From assembly GCF_036365525.1 (NCBI RefSeq), contig NC_090413.1, positions 27,914,262-27,978,261 of the forward strand: a stretch of 64,000 bases of DNA. Direction: 5' to 3'. The translations under genes and the position numbers were made by a program. Under the pieces are notes generated by a model that saw nothing but the letters and a program-made list of their open reading frames with translations, was not told where the DNA came from and ran no database searches. The DNA comes from Heterodontus francisci. Its lineage: Eukaryota. Positions 25,816-39,475 of the stretch are shown piece by piece; positions within the stretch are counted from its first letter, which is position 1; every line of letters begins with the position of its first letter.

Positions 25816-26849
25816 GTCAAGGGTTAGTTTTAGTTTCTTTCATCAGCCAGGGATGGAAAACCCATTCAACTGGGGTCATGTTCCAGATCAGGAGCTAAAG
25901 GCACTCACTGGATACTGTGCATGTCGGATGTCACAAATCTCACTCAGCCACTGTACCGCAACCCTCCCAGTACAGCAACCGACTCTATCCCCAACACTCC
26001 CACTCGATTCTGCCCCGTTATCTTATGCCTGATACGGCAACATTTATTTTCAAAATTTTGAACATTTTTTGAAATTTGATTTTGCACCAACTCCCAAATG
26101 ATGTTTTTCTTCCAGGATTTTTATTTCCTTTCCTGGGTTGTTGCCCCCTCCTTATCCAGACAGCCTGAAGACAACAGAATTGAGTGTGGCTGAATGCCTC
26201 CCCACCCAGTCAAATAGCACACTCTCAGACCAGTTTCACATGATCAACGGCTGCAGTAGCAGAAGCTGCCAGCCCATGAGATACTTCATTGTGAGGCCAG
26301 GCTGCGCTTAACTGGCCAGGCAAGCAAAGTTGATCCCTGCATGCACAGTGCTGCCACTGAACACAAAACACACACACGCACAGACAAGGCAGGTTGTCGT
26401 GTATGTGAATCAGTGCAGGGCTCGACTCTCCTGTTCCCAAACAAAAACCCATCCAACAATTTATTCACCACCTTTCATTTTAGGCTGGTTTCACACCTCA
26501 GCTATTTTTCTGAAGATGTTCCTTTGGTTAAAGAAAAACCAGTTTAAAAAAAAAAAATAGTAAATCCAGTTCAGAGAACAGGAGAAAGAAAAAAGAGAAA
26601 AGTAGCTTTGAGACCGTGGGATTTTCTCCCTGTATCAAGCAGACAATGACCAACAGTTCACTGCTGTTGTGGGAGGAGCCTGCACTGTTCTCCAGGACTT
26701 GTGGTAAAATGACAACATTCACTTATCAGCCTGACAAGCTGAGCCTCTAATGGGCGGAAAGTTACAAAGAGCCAATCTGCTGGTTTGGATAAGTTAGACA
26801 GCACGGTGAGGCAGAGAAAGGCTGCAACTGTAGCTGCCTCTCCTCACTG

Positions 26850-27156
26850 TCCCTATATACAAACAGCGACTGACAAATTCCAGCATTTCTCAAGCATGGA
26901 ACGGCCAAGCACTGAACTGCTCCACTTACCAAGAAGACGACAATCTTAACCCGCAGAAGTTCGTGTGCCACAGGCTGCTCACGCAAACTCAACATAAGCA
27001 GAGAGGAAATCCAGGTTAGCTGCAGTCAGTCCATTGGGATGAACAAATGTCTAATAGTATGTTTCTCATGGAATATTCTCCTTGTTATCTGAAGTTGAGA
27101 ATATCGCAGACGATCACACATTCAGCTATTGGCTAGCTAAAGTCTGCTACTCACAG
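26850..27156 (+). promoter_or_regulatory. Candidate promoter and non-coding first exon of the ANGPTL6-like gene
   Basis: The acceptor at 34103 requires an upstream exon. TATA-like CTATATAC near 26853 and a near-consensus donor CAG|GTAAGG at 27156 lie in non-repetitive sequence. Confidence 0.35.
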
Positions 27157-28308
27157 GTAAGGACGTTTACTGTGCAATTCACTCGCGGAATACAAGGATT
27201 TGTTTTTAAAATTTGCTTTAAAGTTTGAGAGGTTTTGTGTTAAAGTTACCAAGAATGTGTTGGCTTAAAATTCTGTGAAAGTGTGCGCTGCTGTGAGGCA
27301 TAAAGAAGTGAGAAAAATGCACCAGTATTTCCGAAAGAAATTAAACATTTCAAAAGCTTTTGCTATTTAAGGTGGACAAATCAGTTCAAGATCCAGTGGT
27401 GTGGGCAGATGTTAAAGATCCCCAGGTCTCTACAAGATAGACAGGAATTCTCCCAAACTCCAGAGCAACATTCCCAACGGTGCCAGATAAAAATCACTCA
27501 CTGCGCCCTCATATTCAACTACTTGCATGACTTCTCCCCTTACCCTGTCGGAAACCACCTCCATCCCTACGACCCTCCAAGATACCTGCACCCTCCAATT
27601 CTGCCTTCTCGCACACGACTGATATCTTTTCACCCACCATTGGCGGCTGTGCCTTCAGCTGCCGAGGCCAGAGGTTCTGGTATTCCCTCCCCAAACCCCT
27701 CCTCCTTTAATATGCTCCTTAAAACCCACCACACTCATGCCAAAATCTCCTTACATGGCTCCGCGTCAAAATTTATTCTAATAATGCTGTGACGCACCAG
27801 GGGACGATTTTCTGAGTTAAAGGCGCTATATAAATACAAGTTGTTGTGGGAGATTACTGGTACAGAATTTTCCTGCTAAACAGTTACTATCCTTCTAGAA
27901 GCATCGTTGCCTGTGGGCAAGAGGTTTTCATCTGTAAAAGGAACTGTACAAATAATAGGCATTTTTAAAAAGGTGATTTTTTTTCTCCAGATTGTAATAA
28001 ACCAATGGATTTAATGGAGAACAGGACTGCAGGCTAATAGTAAAGTTGCTGGAAATACTGGAAACACAGTAGATGAGTGATTGAGGAGGGGGAAAGCTTC
28101 ATATTGCAGCTGTGATCTTATCGAAACTAGTCTGCAGAATGAAGGGTCACATTCAAAACATTTGCCTTTGAAAGCTCAGTGACCTGGTTTCATTTCAGAT
28201 TCGCAATATCTCTGTTTTTATCCTTATTTTGAAGCAACTGGAGAAAGATTGCTGTTTCCTCCCCCCTCGCCTCCCGAGGAGCTGGACACAAAACATCCCC
28301 GGGATAAC

Positions 28309-28639
28309 TAGGGGGTTGCCAACACCCCCCCCCCCAGGATTTCCCTGGATTCTCCTGGAATTAAACATTCATTTCCAAAACAAACAGAGGCACTGCAAAA
28401 ACATTTTTGTTTACTAGTTATACAAAGATTGGAGATGGGGTTAAAAGTTTGATTGGATGATTCTTTACTGTCAATCAGGCAACAGGGTCTGTTCATTTTC
28501 TGATTGGCTGTGGGAAGGCGGGCCATCGTGAGGATGGACGTGTCAGTTGACCAATGGCAGGAGTGTTGGGCGGGGCCAAGGGCAGAAAGTCATGTGACTA
28601 ATCCTCCTGGAACGCATCCAACCAGAGTTGGCAACTCTA
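28309..28639. mobile_element. hAT-like MITE with TIRs TAGGGGGTTGCCAAC ... GTTGGCAACTCTA; partial related copy at about 7610-7762
   Basis: Terminal inverted repeats of the TAGGGTTGCCA type; no clear TSD. Confidence 0.5.
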
Positions 28640-29119
28640 GTTCCAATACATTGTACTTGTTAACAAAAAGTTATAATTAACAGGCAGGAGGCTGTAATGT
28701 TTATCATTTGCATCCATTTTAAGAGAACATTAGCCTCATCGCCATGGAGATTATAGGGCCTAAGGCCCCTTCCAGGCACGGCCATTCTAGGAATGTTCTA
28801 CAAGAGTGGATGCCTGGAAGTCTGGCCTCAAAACCCCACTCACCTCACTGGAAGCCTGGGGGGGGGGAAAAAAACCCTACAGACCTAACTGGCAATTGGA
28901 TTACCAGCCAGGAGCTGCAGGCTGCACAGGGTGTTTCCTCATTGTGTTTTGGTGGATAAATCCTAAATCCCAACCCCCTGGGTCCATCCGTGTCAGCAAC
29001 CAAGAACCTGGCAACCCAACACCACCATGGATTTAAATTTTGCGCGTGGTCTCTTGGCATCGATACAACTCAAAGGCGGCTCAATTCCCAGCTGTACATT
29101 TCTTTGTCTTTGTCCATGG

Positions 29120-30020
29120 CATCGTGGGCGTTGCTAGCAAGATCAACATTTATTGCCCATCCTTAATTGCCCTGGAGAGGATGGTGGTGAGCAGCTCGCT
29201 TAAACAGCTACAGCCCATGTGATATAGATACGGTAAGGGAGGGAGTTCCAGCATTTTGATAGTGAAGGAACGGCAATATAGTTCCAAGTCAGGATGGTGT
29301 GTGGCATGGAGGGGAACTTGCAGGTGGTGGTGTTCCCATGCATCTGCTGCCCTTGTCCTTCTAGTTGGTAGAAGTCACGGGTTTGGAAGGTGCTGTAGAA
29401 GGAGCCTTCGGTGAGTTGCTGCAGTGCATCTTGTAGATGGTACACACTGCTGCCACTGTGTGTCAGTGGTGGAGGGAGTGAGCGTTTAAGATGTTGGATG
29501 GGATGCCAATCAAGCGGGCTGCTTTGTTCTGGATGGTGTTGAGCTTCTTCAATGTTGTTGGAGCTGCACCCATCCAGGCAAATGGAGAGTATTCCATCAC
29601 ACTCCTGACTCGTGCCTTGTAGATGGTGAACAGGTTTTGGGGAGTCAGGAGGTGAGTTACTCACCACAGAATTCCTAGCATCTGACCTGCTCTTGTAGCC
29701 ACAGTATTTATATGGCTGGTCCAGGTCAGTTTCTGGTTCAATGGTAATCCCCAGGATGGTGGGGGATTCAGCAATGATAATGCCATGGAACGTTAAGGGG
29801 AGATGGTTAGATTCTCTCCAGTTGGAGATGGTCATTGCCTGGTACTTGTGTGGCGTGAATGCTACTTGCCACTTATCAGCCCAAGCCTGGATATTGTCCA
29901 GGTCTTGCTGCATTTCTACACGGACTGCTTCAGTATCTGAGGAGTCGCGAATGGTGCTGAACATTGTGCAATCAGCGAACATCCCCACTTCTGACCTTAT
30001 GATTGAAGGAAGGTCATTTT
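29120..30020 (-). mobile_element. CR1/L2-group LINE 3' portion (second family)
   Basis: MFAD, DLDNIQAWADKWQV.F and QAMTIS motifs; same family at 60945-62075. Confidence 0.82.
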
Positions 30021-30662
30021 GATTCCCCTTTCAGCTTATTTTAATGACGAAAGCATCCAGACATTTTGTAAATTGTTTCGAGGCAGGGATTAGGAAATGG
30101 AAAGCGTGACCAAAACAGACAAAACTGTTCAGACATACAAGGGGCAATGGGGGAAAAAAAAAAAGTTTTTTTCCTAAAAATATCAGTAATAACAAATTTC
30201 TACCTCAATCACATCTCAAAACACCTCTCAGAAACTTGGAGGGAGGAAGAATGGAATTAGAAACACAAGAATATAATAAACACAGACAAATATTCTATAG
30301 GAATCTGTTGAAAGAAGGACAGGAGGTAAAAAGACATGGCAGTTTCAGTGAGTGAGTCATAGTAGTTTACTGGGTGAAGCAACAGCTGATTACAGAGCAC
30401 AGAACAAGGAGCAAACACTGACCGACAGAAAGGTCGGAACCAGGACTGGCCGCCACAAGAATAAAACTTCTGCTGCAACCAGTGCTCATCTTGGAATTTT
30501 AATTGTTTCCCGCGTCTGAGCTGAGAATTCTCACTGTTTACATCAGGGTTATTTTATACACATCTAGTGCAGGATTCACTGCTAACATTCACCTGTACTG
30601 GGAATTTGACTCGGGCAGAGATCGCATCATATGGAAGGATAGCATGGACCATTTGATCTCCT

Positions 30663-31822
30663 AACATAGAAAATAGGAGCAGGAGTAGGCCATTCGGCCC
30701 TTCGAGCCCGCGCTGCCATTCATTATGATCATGGCTGTTCATCCAACTCAGTAACCTGTTCCAGCTTTTGCCCCACACCCTTTGATCCCTTTAGACCCAA
30801 GAGCTATATCTAACTCCTTCTTGAAAACAATGTTTTGGCCTCAATTGCTTTCTGTGGTAGCAAATTCCACAGGTTCACCACTCTCTGGGTGAAGAAATTT
30901 CTCCTCATCTCAGTCCTGAATAGTTTACCCCGTATCCTTAGACTATGACCCCTGGTTCTGGACTCCCTCACCATCGGGAACATCCTTCCTGCATCTACCC
31001 TGTCAAGTTCTGTTAGAATTTTATAGGTTTCTATGAGATCCCTCCTCACTCTTCTGAACTCCAGCGAATATAATCCCAACCGACTCAGTCTCTCCTCATA
31101 CGTCAGTCCCGCCATCCCAGGAATCAGTCTGGTAAACCTTCGCTGCACTCCCTCTATAGCAAGAACATCCTTCCTCAGATAAGGAGACCAAAACAGCACA
31201 CAATATTCCAGGTGTGGCCTGACCAAGGCCCTGTATAATTGCAACAAGACATCCCTGCTCCTGTACTCGAATCCTCTCACTATGAAGGCCAACATACCAT
31301 TTGTCTTTTTTTAAACCACCAGCTGCACCTGCATGCTTACCTTCAGCGACTGGTGTACGAGAACACCCAGGTCTCGCTGCATATTCCCCTCTCGGTTTAT
31401 AGCCGTTCAGATAATAATCTGCCTTCCTGTTTTTGCGACCAAACTGGATAACCTCACATTTATCCACATTATACTGCATTTGCCATGCATTAGCCCACTC
31501 ACTCAACTTGTCCAAATCACCCTGAAGCCTCTCTGCATCCTCCTCACAACTCACTCTCCCACCCAGTTTTGTCTCATCTACAAATTTGGAGATATTACAT
31601 TTAGTTCCCTCATTTAAATCATTAATGTATATTGTGAATAGCTGGGGTCCTAGCACCGATCCCTGCGGTACCCCACTAGTCACTGCCTGCCATTTGGAAA
31701 AAGACCCAGTTATCCCTACTCTGTTTCCTGTCTGCCAACCAATTTTCTATCCATTGCAATACACTACCCCCAATCCCATGCGCTTTAATTTTACACGCTA
31801 ATCTCTTATGTGGGACTTTGTC
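30663..31822 (-). mobile_element. CR1-clade LINE 3' portion
   Basis: SGVPQGSVLGPQLFTIYINDL, LYRALVRPHLEYC and RTRGHSL motifs. Confidence 0.9.
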
Positions 31823-33519
31823 CTCTTGTTGGCCCAGGGCTTTTCTCTGATTTTTTTTTACCTCTCCTAGGGAATTAATTACATGTCTCCAGGGTTGTGG
31901 TGGGGGTTGGGTTCAGAGAGCAGAGAGGGGTAAGAAGTGTTCACTCATGATGTTCCAGCCTTCCTGGGTACAAACAGGATCGCTGAACCTGCTGGGCTTT
32001 TCCCGTCAGTCATCTTCAGATGTTCACAAACTGCCAACATCCATCCATCTTGGGGCTTATTACTGCTTCCCTCAACTGCCAGTCTATCGTTGGGTCTCAT
32101 GCGATTCAATAACGTTTTGTCAAACACCTCAATTGCTGGAGGATCACTTCAAATTGGGACCACCAACCTTTTAATATCTATGTGGACCCAGGCAGTAAGG
32201 GACAGCTATTCAACCAGAGAATGCATCACAACTGAGTACAATCCTTGCCCACGATCCATACACACACTTTCCAGCAAGACTCAGTGGACGATGATTAGGG
32301 GTGGGAACCTTGACTGATGTTTCCGTTCATCGACTAATCCCTGGGACACCTGGCTAACTGGAAGTCCCCTGTGCTTATCCTTCATTTTATAAACTTCGCA
32401 CCACCAGGCAACATTCCACAAAGTATGCAAGATGTCAAACTGATTGACTTGTGACTATGGCCTAGAACAAACACATTGCAACTTCAAAGAATTTCACCCT
32501 TATTTTTCACCCAGTGGGGTCTTGATCAGGAGGGTCGCACATTCTTATTCAAATTTCAACAATCACGCAAGAATAACCCAACAGCGTACAGTCAACACAA
32601 CACGCAGAAAGTAAAAGCAAAATACTGCGGATGCTGGAAATCTGAAACAAAAACAAGAAATGCTGGAATCACGCAGAAAGTAACACCGGATAAAAACCCT
32701 CAGCAAAACTGTGCACTGTAAAGCTGAGAAAGTCATTGACCCATTTGCACCAACATGTACACCATCCCAGAATGGAATGAAAAGAACTTGTATTTAATCG
32801 GACACATTATTGCATCACCAACTCTTTGTCCTCCTGGTATTTTGGAATATTTTTAATGAGACCGAGGCATAGTTAATGGAAGCAGGTTGAGTCAACCTTG
32901 ATAGAGATGGAATGAATAACCCATGCTGTTTCATTCACTATTCTATCCTATCCTTCCATATTAACCAGCCACTCTAACAAATTGTTGCAATTCAAGGAGG
33001 TACAAATAGTGAGTTTTGCGCCTGCCCTTTCTGTAACTGATGGTATACGATCTGTACAAGCTGCTTTTCTTGAGATGATCAGGAGAGATTTCATTGCCTT
33101 TGGATTATAAACAGACCTCGACAGGATATAAACACTGACTACATTCACAAACACCCTGCACAATAACAGACAGACAATCTCAGACACAATTCACAGGACA
33201 GCATTCTCTTCCAACACCCCTGGAACCAAGCTTTTTGAATACATAAGCATTTTTATGAATTGTTTTGCTAAAAGCACATCCCTTCCTGCTGGGGTTTGTC
33301 AGAGGACACAGCCACCAGGAAGTCTGGCTGACATCCGAGGGTGCTGCTTCAAGTGAGATACTGTCCAAGTACAGTGACGTCCTTCTTTCCCACCCTCCCA
33401 GTGGCCCCGCGCCCCATTAATGGCCTTTGCCTTGATTGACATTTGGACCTTTCCCATTCAGGAACGGACACAGGGACAGTTATAAATATTGCAATGACTT
33501 TTTGGACTTGCGATAAAAA

Positions 33520-33890
33520 CTTGTATTTATCTAGCAACTTTTACATAGTAAAACATCCCGAGGCCTGCCACAGGAGCATTATCAGGAAAAAAAATTGACA
33601 GCAAACATAAGAATGAGACATTAGGACAGGTAACTTGGTCAAAGGGGTAGGTGTTCAGGAGCATCTTAAAAGGAGGAGACTGTGAGGCGGAGAGGGTTGG
33701 GGAGGGAATTCCAGAGCTCAGGGACCCGGGCAGCTGAAGGCTCGGCTGCCAATGGTGGAACAATTAAAATCGGGGATGCGCAAGAGGCCAGAATTGGAGG
33801 AACGCAGAGACCTCAAGGTTGTAGGGGGTTAACAGATAGGGAGGGGTGAGGCTATGGAAGGATTTGAAAATAAGGATGAGAATTTCAAAA
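33520..33890. mobile_element. L2-like LINE 3' fragment; related copies at about 27505-27850 (opposite orientation) and 62075-62410
   Basis: Shared GGGAGGGAATTCCAGAGCT..GG...GGCAGCTGAAGGC...CCAATGGTGG sequence across three sites. Confidence 0.55.
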
Positions 33891-34140
33891 TCATCCTCCT
33901 CTCCAAATATTCCTCCTCTGGGTATGATTCCATAGTTGTCAGTCTCCAGGACAGTCCCTGTGAATAAGCCATCCAACATTGGAAAGCCTTGCAGGCAAAA
34001 TGAGTGTTGTTGCTGAGGTGGGGAGAAAAGATGGCCCACAAACAAAAACACACATGTGCGCTTTGATCTAGTTTTTAAAAAAGATTCTTTTGTTTCCTTG
34101 CAGATTTTGAAGCTTCTGGCTCTTACAGCTCGACTGAACG

Positions 34141-34782
34141 ATGCTGAAACTCATCGTCAGCCTCACCATCCTGACTGGGTTAGCAGGAGCTGAAGAGGCT
34201 TCCACAAAAACAGCTTCCAGCACGCAGGCAGAGACAGGGGAGCCCAACAATCGGTTTGCACGATCCCCAGAGAGTCCAGCAGCCAGCAGGTGTACTTACA
34301 CCTTCATCGTCCCACAGCAACGACTCACTGGGCCCATCTGCCTGAGCACCAAGAACCCAGGGACTGGAAACAGCAGTGTGAACCAGAGCGAGTTACAGGC
34401 TCTCCGCCAGGAGATGAGAGAGCAGCAACAGCAAATCGAGGACCTCAGGCAGATGGTGAAGGTGGATGGAGGCATGGTCAACGAGGTGAAGTTCCTGCGG
34501 AAAGAAAACCACAACATGAACTCCAGGGTGTCTCAGCTCTACACCCAGCTGTTGCACGAGATCATCCAGAAGAAGGACGACTCTCTGGAGATCTCCCAGC
34601 TGGAGAACAAGGTGCTCAACGTCACGGCCCAGGTGCTGAGGCTGTCGAGCAGGTACAGGGACTTGGAACGCAAATACTCAGCCCTCACCTCCCTCATGAA
34701 CAACCAGAGCCGCACCATAGCCGAGCTGGAGCAACAGTGTAGACAGATGTCCCCACTACACCAGCAGCAGCTCAATCAACAG
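34141..34782 (+). CDS. ANGPTL6: ANGPTL6-like coding exon 1 (signal peptide + coiled coil); exon acceptor at 34103
   Basis: MLKLIVSLTILTGLAGA signal peptide; CTYTFIVPQQRLTGPIC and DGG.V.EVK.LRKE..NMNSRV.QLY.QLLHE motifs of ANGPTL1/2/6; CAG|gtaaaa donor. Confidence 0.93.
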
Positions 34783-35284
34783 GTAAAAGGACTCGAGTCA
34801 CTATTCAATGAGATGATTATTGATTATTGTCCTCAATGCTGAAGATACAAACTGGCCTCTCAATACTCACTGAACAGAAATTCCCTGTTTCACTTTCCCC
34901 TCCTCACACCATTCCAACCAGGAGGAGGAGGAGAGGCTGATCGGCCTTTAGGGACCAGCTGCCCTCTAACTTCACGGCACTGGAGCAGGAACTCACGCAA
35001 TTGAGGGTTCAAAACTCCCATCATGTCAAGTTGTGAATTTCGTTGGTAATATTGGTGGGCTAACATCAAAGAAAAAGTGACCGGATTGTCATAAAACACT
35101 CAATTGGTTCAATAATTTCCTTCAGGGAAAGTGCCCTCCGATGCCAGTCCCACTATACGATTGGCTCAATGCGCTCAGGAGATGGCCAGGCAAACTCTTC
35201 AGTTGCACCAACAGTTGTTACCATCAAGGCAGCGAGGGATGGGTAATAAATGTGGCCTTGTTCTTGGGAGATGGATGGGTGGGC

Positions 35285-38200
35285 GGAGAGAGAGGCGGGG
35301 GAGGGAGAGGGGGAGGGAGGCGGGGAGGGAGAGGGAGAGGGGGGCGGGAGAGGGAGAGGGGGGCGGGGAGGGAGAGGGGGAGGGGGGCGGGGAGGGAGAG
35401 GGGGAGGGAGGCGGGAGAGGGGGAGGGGGGCGGGAGAGGGGGAGGGGGGCGGGGAGGGAGAGGGGGAGGGGGGCGGGGAGGGAGAGGGGGAGGGGGGCGG
35501 GGAGGGAGAGGGGGAGGGGGCGGGGGAGGGGGAGGGGGAGGGGGAGGGGGAGGCGAGAAGGGCGGGGAGGGGGAGGCGAGAAGGGCGGGGAGGGGGAGGC
35601 GAGAAGGGCGGGGAGGGGGAGGCGAGAAGGGCGGGGAGGGGGAGGCGAGAAGGGCGGGGAGGGGGAGGCGAGAAGGGCGGGGAGGGGGAGGCGAGAAGGG
35701 CGGGGAGGGGGAGGCGAGAAGGGCGGGGAGGGGGAGGCGAGAAGGGCGGGGAGGGGGAGGCGAGAAGGGCGGGGAGGGGGAGGCGAGAAGGGCGGGGAGG
35801 GGGAGGCGAGAAGGGCGGGGAGGGGGAGGCGAGAAGGGCGGGGAGGGGGAGGCGAGAAGGGAGGGGAGGGGGAGGCGAGAAGGGAGGGGAGGGGGAGGCG
35901 AGAAGGGAGGGGAGGGGGGAGGCGAGAAGGGAGGGGGAGGGGGAGGCGAGAAGGGAGGGGAGGGGGAGGCGAGAAGGGAGGGGAGGGGGAGGCGAGAAGG
36001 GAGGGGAGGGGGAGGCGAGAAGGGAGGGGAGGGGGAGGCGAGAAGGGAGGGGAGGGGGAGGCGAGAAGGGAGGGGAGGGGGAGGCGAGAAGGGAGGGGAG
36101 GGGGAGGCGAGACGGGAGGGGAGGGGGAGGCGAGACGGGAGGGGAGGGGGAGGCGAGAAGGGAGGGGAGGGGGAGGCGAGAAGGGAGGGCGGAGGGGGAG
36201 GCGAGAAGGGAGGGCGGAGGGGGGAGGCGAGAAGGGAGGGCGGAGGGGGAGGCGAGAAGGGAGGGCGGAGGGGGAGGCGCAGGGGGGCGGAGGGGGAGGC
36301 GCAGGGGGGCGGAGGGGGAGGCGCAGGGGGGCGGAGGGGGAGGCGCAGGGGGGCGGAGGGGGAGGCGCAGGGGGGCGGAGGGGGAGGCGCAGGGGGGCGG
36401 AGGGGGAGGCGCAGGGGGGCGGAGGGGGAGGCGCAGGGGGGCGGAGGGGGAGGCGCAGGGGGGCGGAGGGGGAGGCGCAGGGGGGCGGAGGGGGAGGCGC
36501 AGGGGGGCGGAGGGGGAGGCGCAGGGGGGCGGAGGGGGAGGCGCAGGGGGGCGGAGGGGGAGGCGCAGGGGGGCGGAGGGGGAGGCGCAGGGGGGCGGAG
36601 GGGGAGGCGCAGGGGGGCGGAGGGGGAGGCGCAGGGGGGCGGAGGGGGAGGCGCAGGGGGGCGGAGGGGGAGGCGCAGGGGGGCGGAGGGGGAGGCGCAG
36701 GGGGGCGGAGGGGGAGGCGCAGGGGGGCGGAGGGGGAGGCGCAGGGGGGCGGAGGGGGAGGCGCAGGGGGGCGGAGGGGGAGGCGCAGGGGGGCGGAGGG
36801 GGAGGCGCAGGGGGGCGGAGGGGGAGGCGCAGGGGGGCGGAGGGGGAGGCGCAGGGGGGCGGAGGGGGAGGCGCAGGGGGGCGGAGGGGGAGGCGCAGGG
36901 GGGCGGAGGGGGAGGCGCAGGGGGGCGGAGGGGGAGGCGCAGGGGGGCGGAGGGGGAGGCGCAGGGGGGCGGAGGGGGAGGCGCAGGGGGGCGGAGGGGG
37001 AGGCGCAGGGGGGCGGAGGGGGAGGCGCAGGGGGGCGGAGGGGGAGGCGCAGGGGGGCGGAGGGGGAGGCGCAGGGGGGCGGAGGGGGAGGCGCAGGGGG
37101 GCGGAGGGGGAGGCGCAGGGGGGCGGAGGGGGAGGCGCAGGGGGGCGGAGGGGGAGGCGCAGGGGGGCGGAGGGGGAGGCGCAGGGGGGCGGAGGGGGAG
37201 GCGCAGGGGGGCGGAGGGGGAGGCGCAGGGGGGCGGAGGGGGAGGCGCAGGGGGGCGGAGGGGGAGGCGCAGGGGGGCGGAGGGGGAGGCGCAGGGGGGC
37301 GGAGGGGGAGGCGCAGGGGGGCGGAGGGGGAGGCGCAGGGGGGCGGAGGGGGAGGCGCAGGGGGGCGGAGGGGAGGCGCAGGGGGGCGGAGGGGGAGGCG
37401 CAGGGGGGCGGAGGGGGAGGCGCAGGGGGGCGGAGGGGGAGGCGCAGGGGGGCGGAGGGGGAGGCGCAGGGGGGCGGAGGGGGAGGCGCAGGGGGGCGGA
37501 GGGGGAGGCGCAGGGGGGCGGAGGGGGAGGCGCAGGGGGGCGGAGGGGGAGGCGCAGGGGGGCGGAGGGGGAGGCGCAGGGGGGCGGAGGGGGAGGCGCA
37601 GGGGGGCGGAGGGGGAGGCGCAGGGGGGCGGAGGGGGAGGCGCAGGGGGGCGGAGGGGGAGGCGCAGGGGGGCGGAGGGGGAGGCGCAGGGGGGCGGAGG
37701 GGGAGGCGCAGGGGGGCGGAGGGGGAGGCGCAGGGGGGCGGAGGGGGAGGCGCAGGGGGGCGGAGGGGGAGGCGCAGGGGGGCGGAGGGGGAGGCGCAGG
37801 GGGGCGGAGGGGGAGGCGCAGGGGGGCGGAGGGGGAGGCGCAGGGGGGCGGAGGGGGAGGCGCAGGGGGGCGGAGGGGGAGGCGCAGGGGGGCGGAGGGG
37901 GAGGCGCAGGGGGGCGGAGGGGGAGGCGCAGGGGGGCGGAGGGGGAGGCGCAGGGGGGCGGAGGGGGAGGCGCAGGGGGGCGGAGGGGGAGGCGCAGGGG
38001 GGCGGAGGGGGAGGCGCAGGGGGGCGGAGGGGGAGGCGCAGGGGGGCGGAGGGGGAGGCGCAGGGGGGCGGAGGGGGAGGCGCAGGGGGGCGGAGGGGGA
38101 GGCGCAGGGGGGCGGAGGGGGAGGCGCAGGGGGGCGGAGGGGGAGGCGCAGGGGGGCGGAGGGGGAGGCGCAGGGGGGCGGAGGGGGAGGCGCAGGGGGG

Positions 38201-38766
38201 CGGAGGGGGAGGCGCAGGGGGGCGGAGGGGGAGGCGCAGGGGGGCGGAGGGGGAGGCGCAGGGGGGCGGAGGGGGAGGCGCAGGGGGGCGGAGGGGGAGG
38301 CGCAGGGGGGCGGAGGGGGAGGCGCAGGGGGGCGGAGGGGGAGGCGCAGGGGGGCGGAGGGGGAGGCGCAGGGGGGCGGAGGGGGAGGCGCAGGGGGGCG
38401 GAGGGGGAGGCGCAGGGGGGCGGAGGGGGAGGCGCAGGGGGGCGGAGGGGGAGGCGCAGGGGGGCGGAGGGGGAGGCGCAGGGGGGCGGAGGGGGAGGCG
38501 CAGGGGGGCGGAGGGGGAGGCGCAGGGGGGCGGAGGGGGAGGCGCAGGGGGGCGGAGGGGGAGGCGCAGGGGGGCGGAGGGGGAGGCGCAGGGGGGCGGA
38601 GGGGGAGGCGCAGGGGGGCGGAGGGGGAGGCGCAGGGGGGCGGAGGGGGAGGCGCAGGGGGCGGAGGGGGAGGCGCAGGGGGGCGGAGGGGGAGGCGCAG
38701 GGGGGCGGAGGGGGAGGCGCAGGGGGGCGGAGGGGGAGGCGCAGGGGGGCGGAGGGGGAGGCGGAG
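35285..38766 (+). repeat. G-rich compound minisatellite; main unit GGGGGAGGCGCAGGGGGGCGGA (22 bp, roughly 113 copies from about 36270) preceded by related 22-24 bp variants
   Basis: Direct reading; essentially T-free on the plus strand. Confidence 0.97.
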
Positions 38767-39475
38767 GCAGATCTTTTGATGGCACAGAGAACAATGTCAG
38801 GAATGAGTTTTCGATCCGGTCCCATTCGGAGGGAACAGGGTCTGTCACACACAGCTGATGGTTAATTTGAACAATTTTGTGTCTTTGACATTGGTTTCTA
38901 TACTCCACAGCCCAATGTTTATGGGTTTGTAAAGTTAAGTTGGCCATATGGACAGTCTATGTTGATTGGGATGAAAGGCATTCACAATTTCTGCTTTGCA
39001 TCAATAGAATAAAGTAGAACAAAGTGAGACACAAGAGTGTGCTACCATGAGCGGTTTTAAATCAACCATGTCTTCCACTGGATATAAAGATATAACGTAG
39101 AGCACTTGTGTAGTCAGATAGCTCAAGGAGTCGCTATTCCCGAAAGCCACGCCATGTGGTCCTGGGAACAAAGGCTGCTCATCACATGACCGGTCGTTTC
39201 CAGGTCCAGTATCCGTTATCTGTGACTCACCTGATATTACAGCCCATAATTCCCCCACACTGCATTCTTCGGATAATGGCCCATGCAGAATGTGTGTCTT
39301 GTTCAGCAACACTGTGCAGACAATACCACATACACCAGAACACGGAGTAATCCTAGAAAGCAGAAAGTCCCAGGTCCAGGGCAGAGTCACTCAGTCTGAG
39401 AGCAGGGGTAGTGGTTGTGGTGTTGCAGTCTGTCTGAATATTTCTGGGCTCAGCAAATGAGAAAGAAAATGTCTT

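Noticed and set aside
28490-28640. CCAAT-box and GC-box cluster resembling a promoter for the nested gene
   Set aside because: It lies inside a dispersed TIR-bounded repeat with a related copy near 7610-7762.
35131-38947. About 1200-aa Gly/Arg- and Pro-rich ORFs
   Set aside because: Translation of a 22-bp T-free tandem repeat in an intron.
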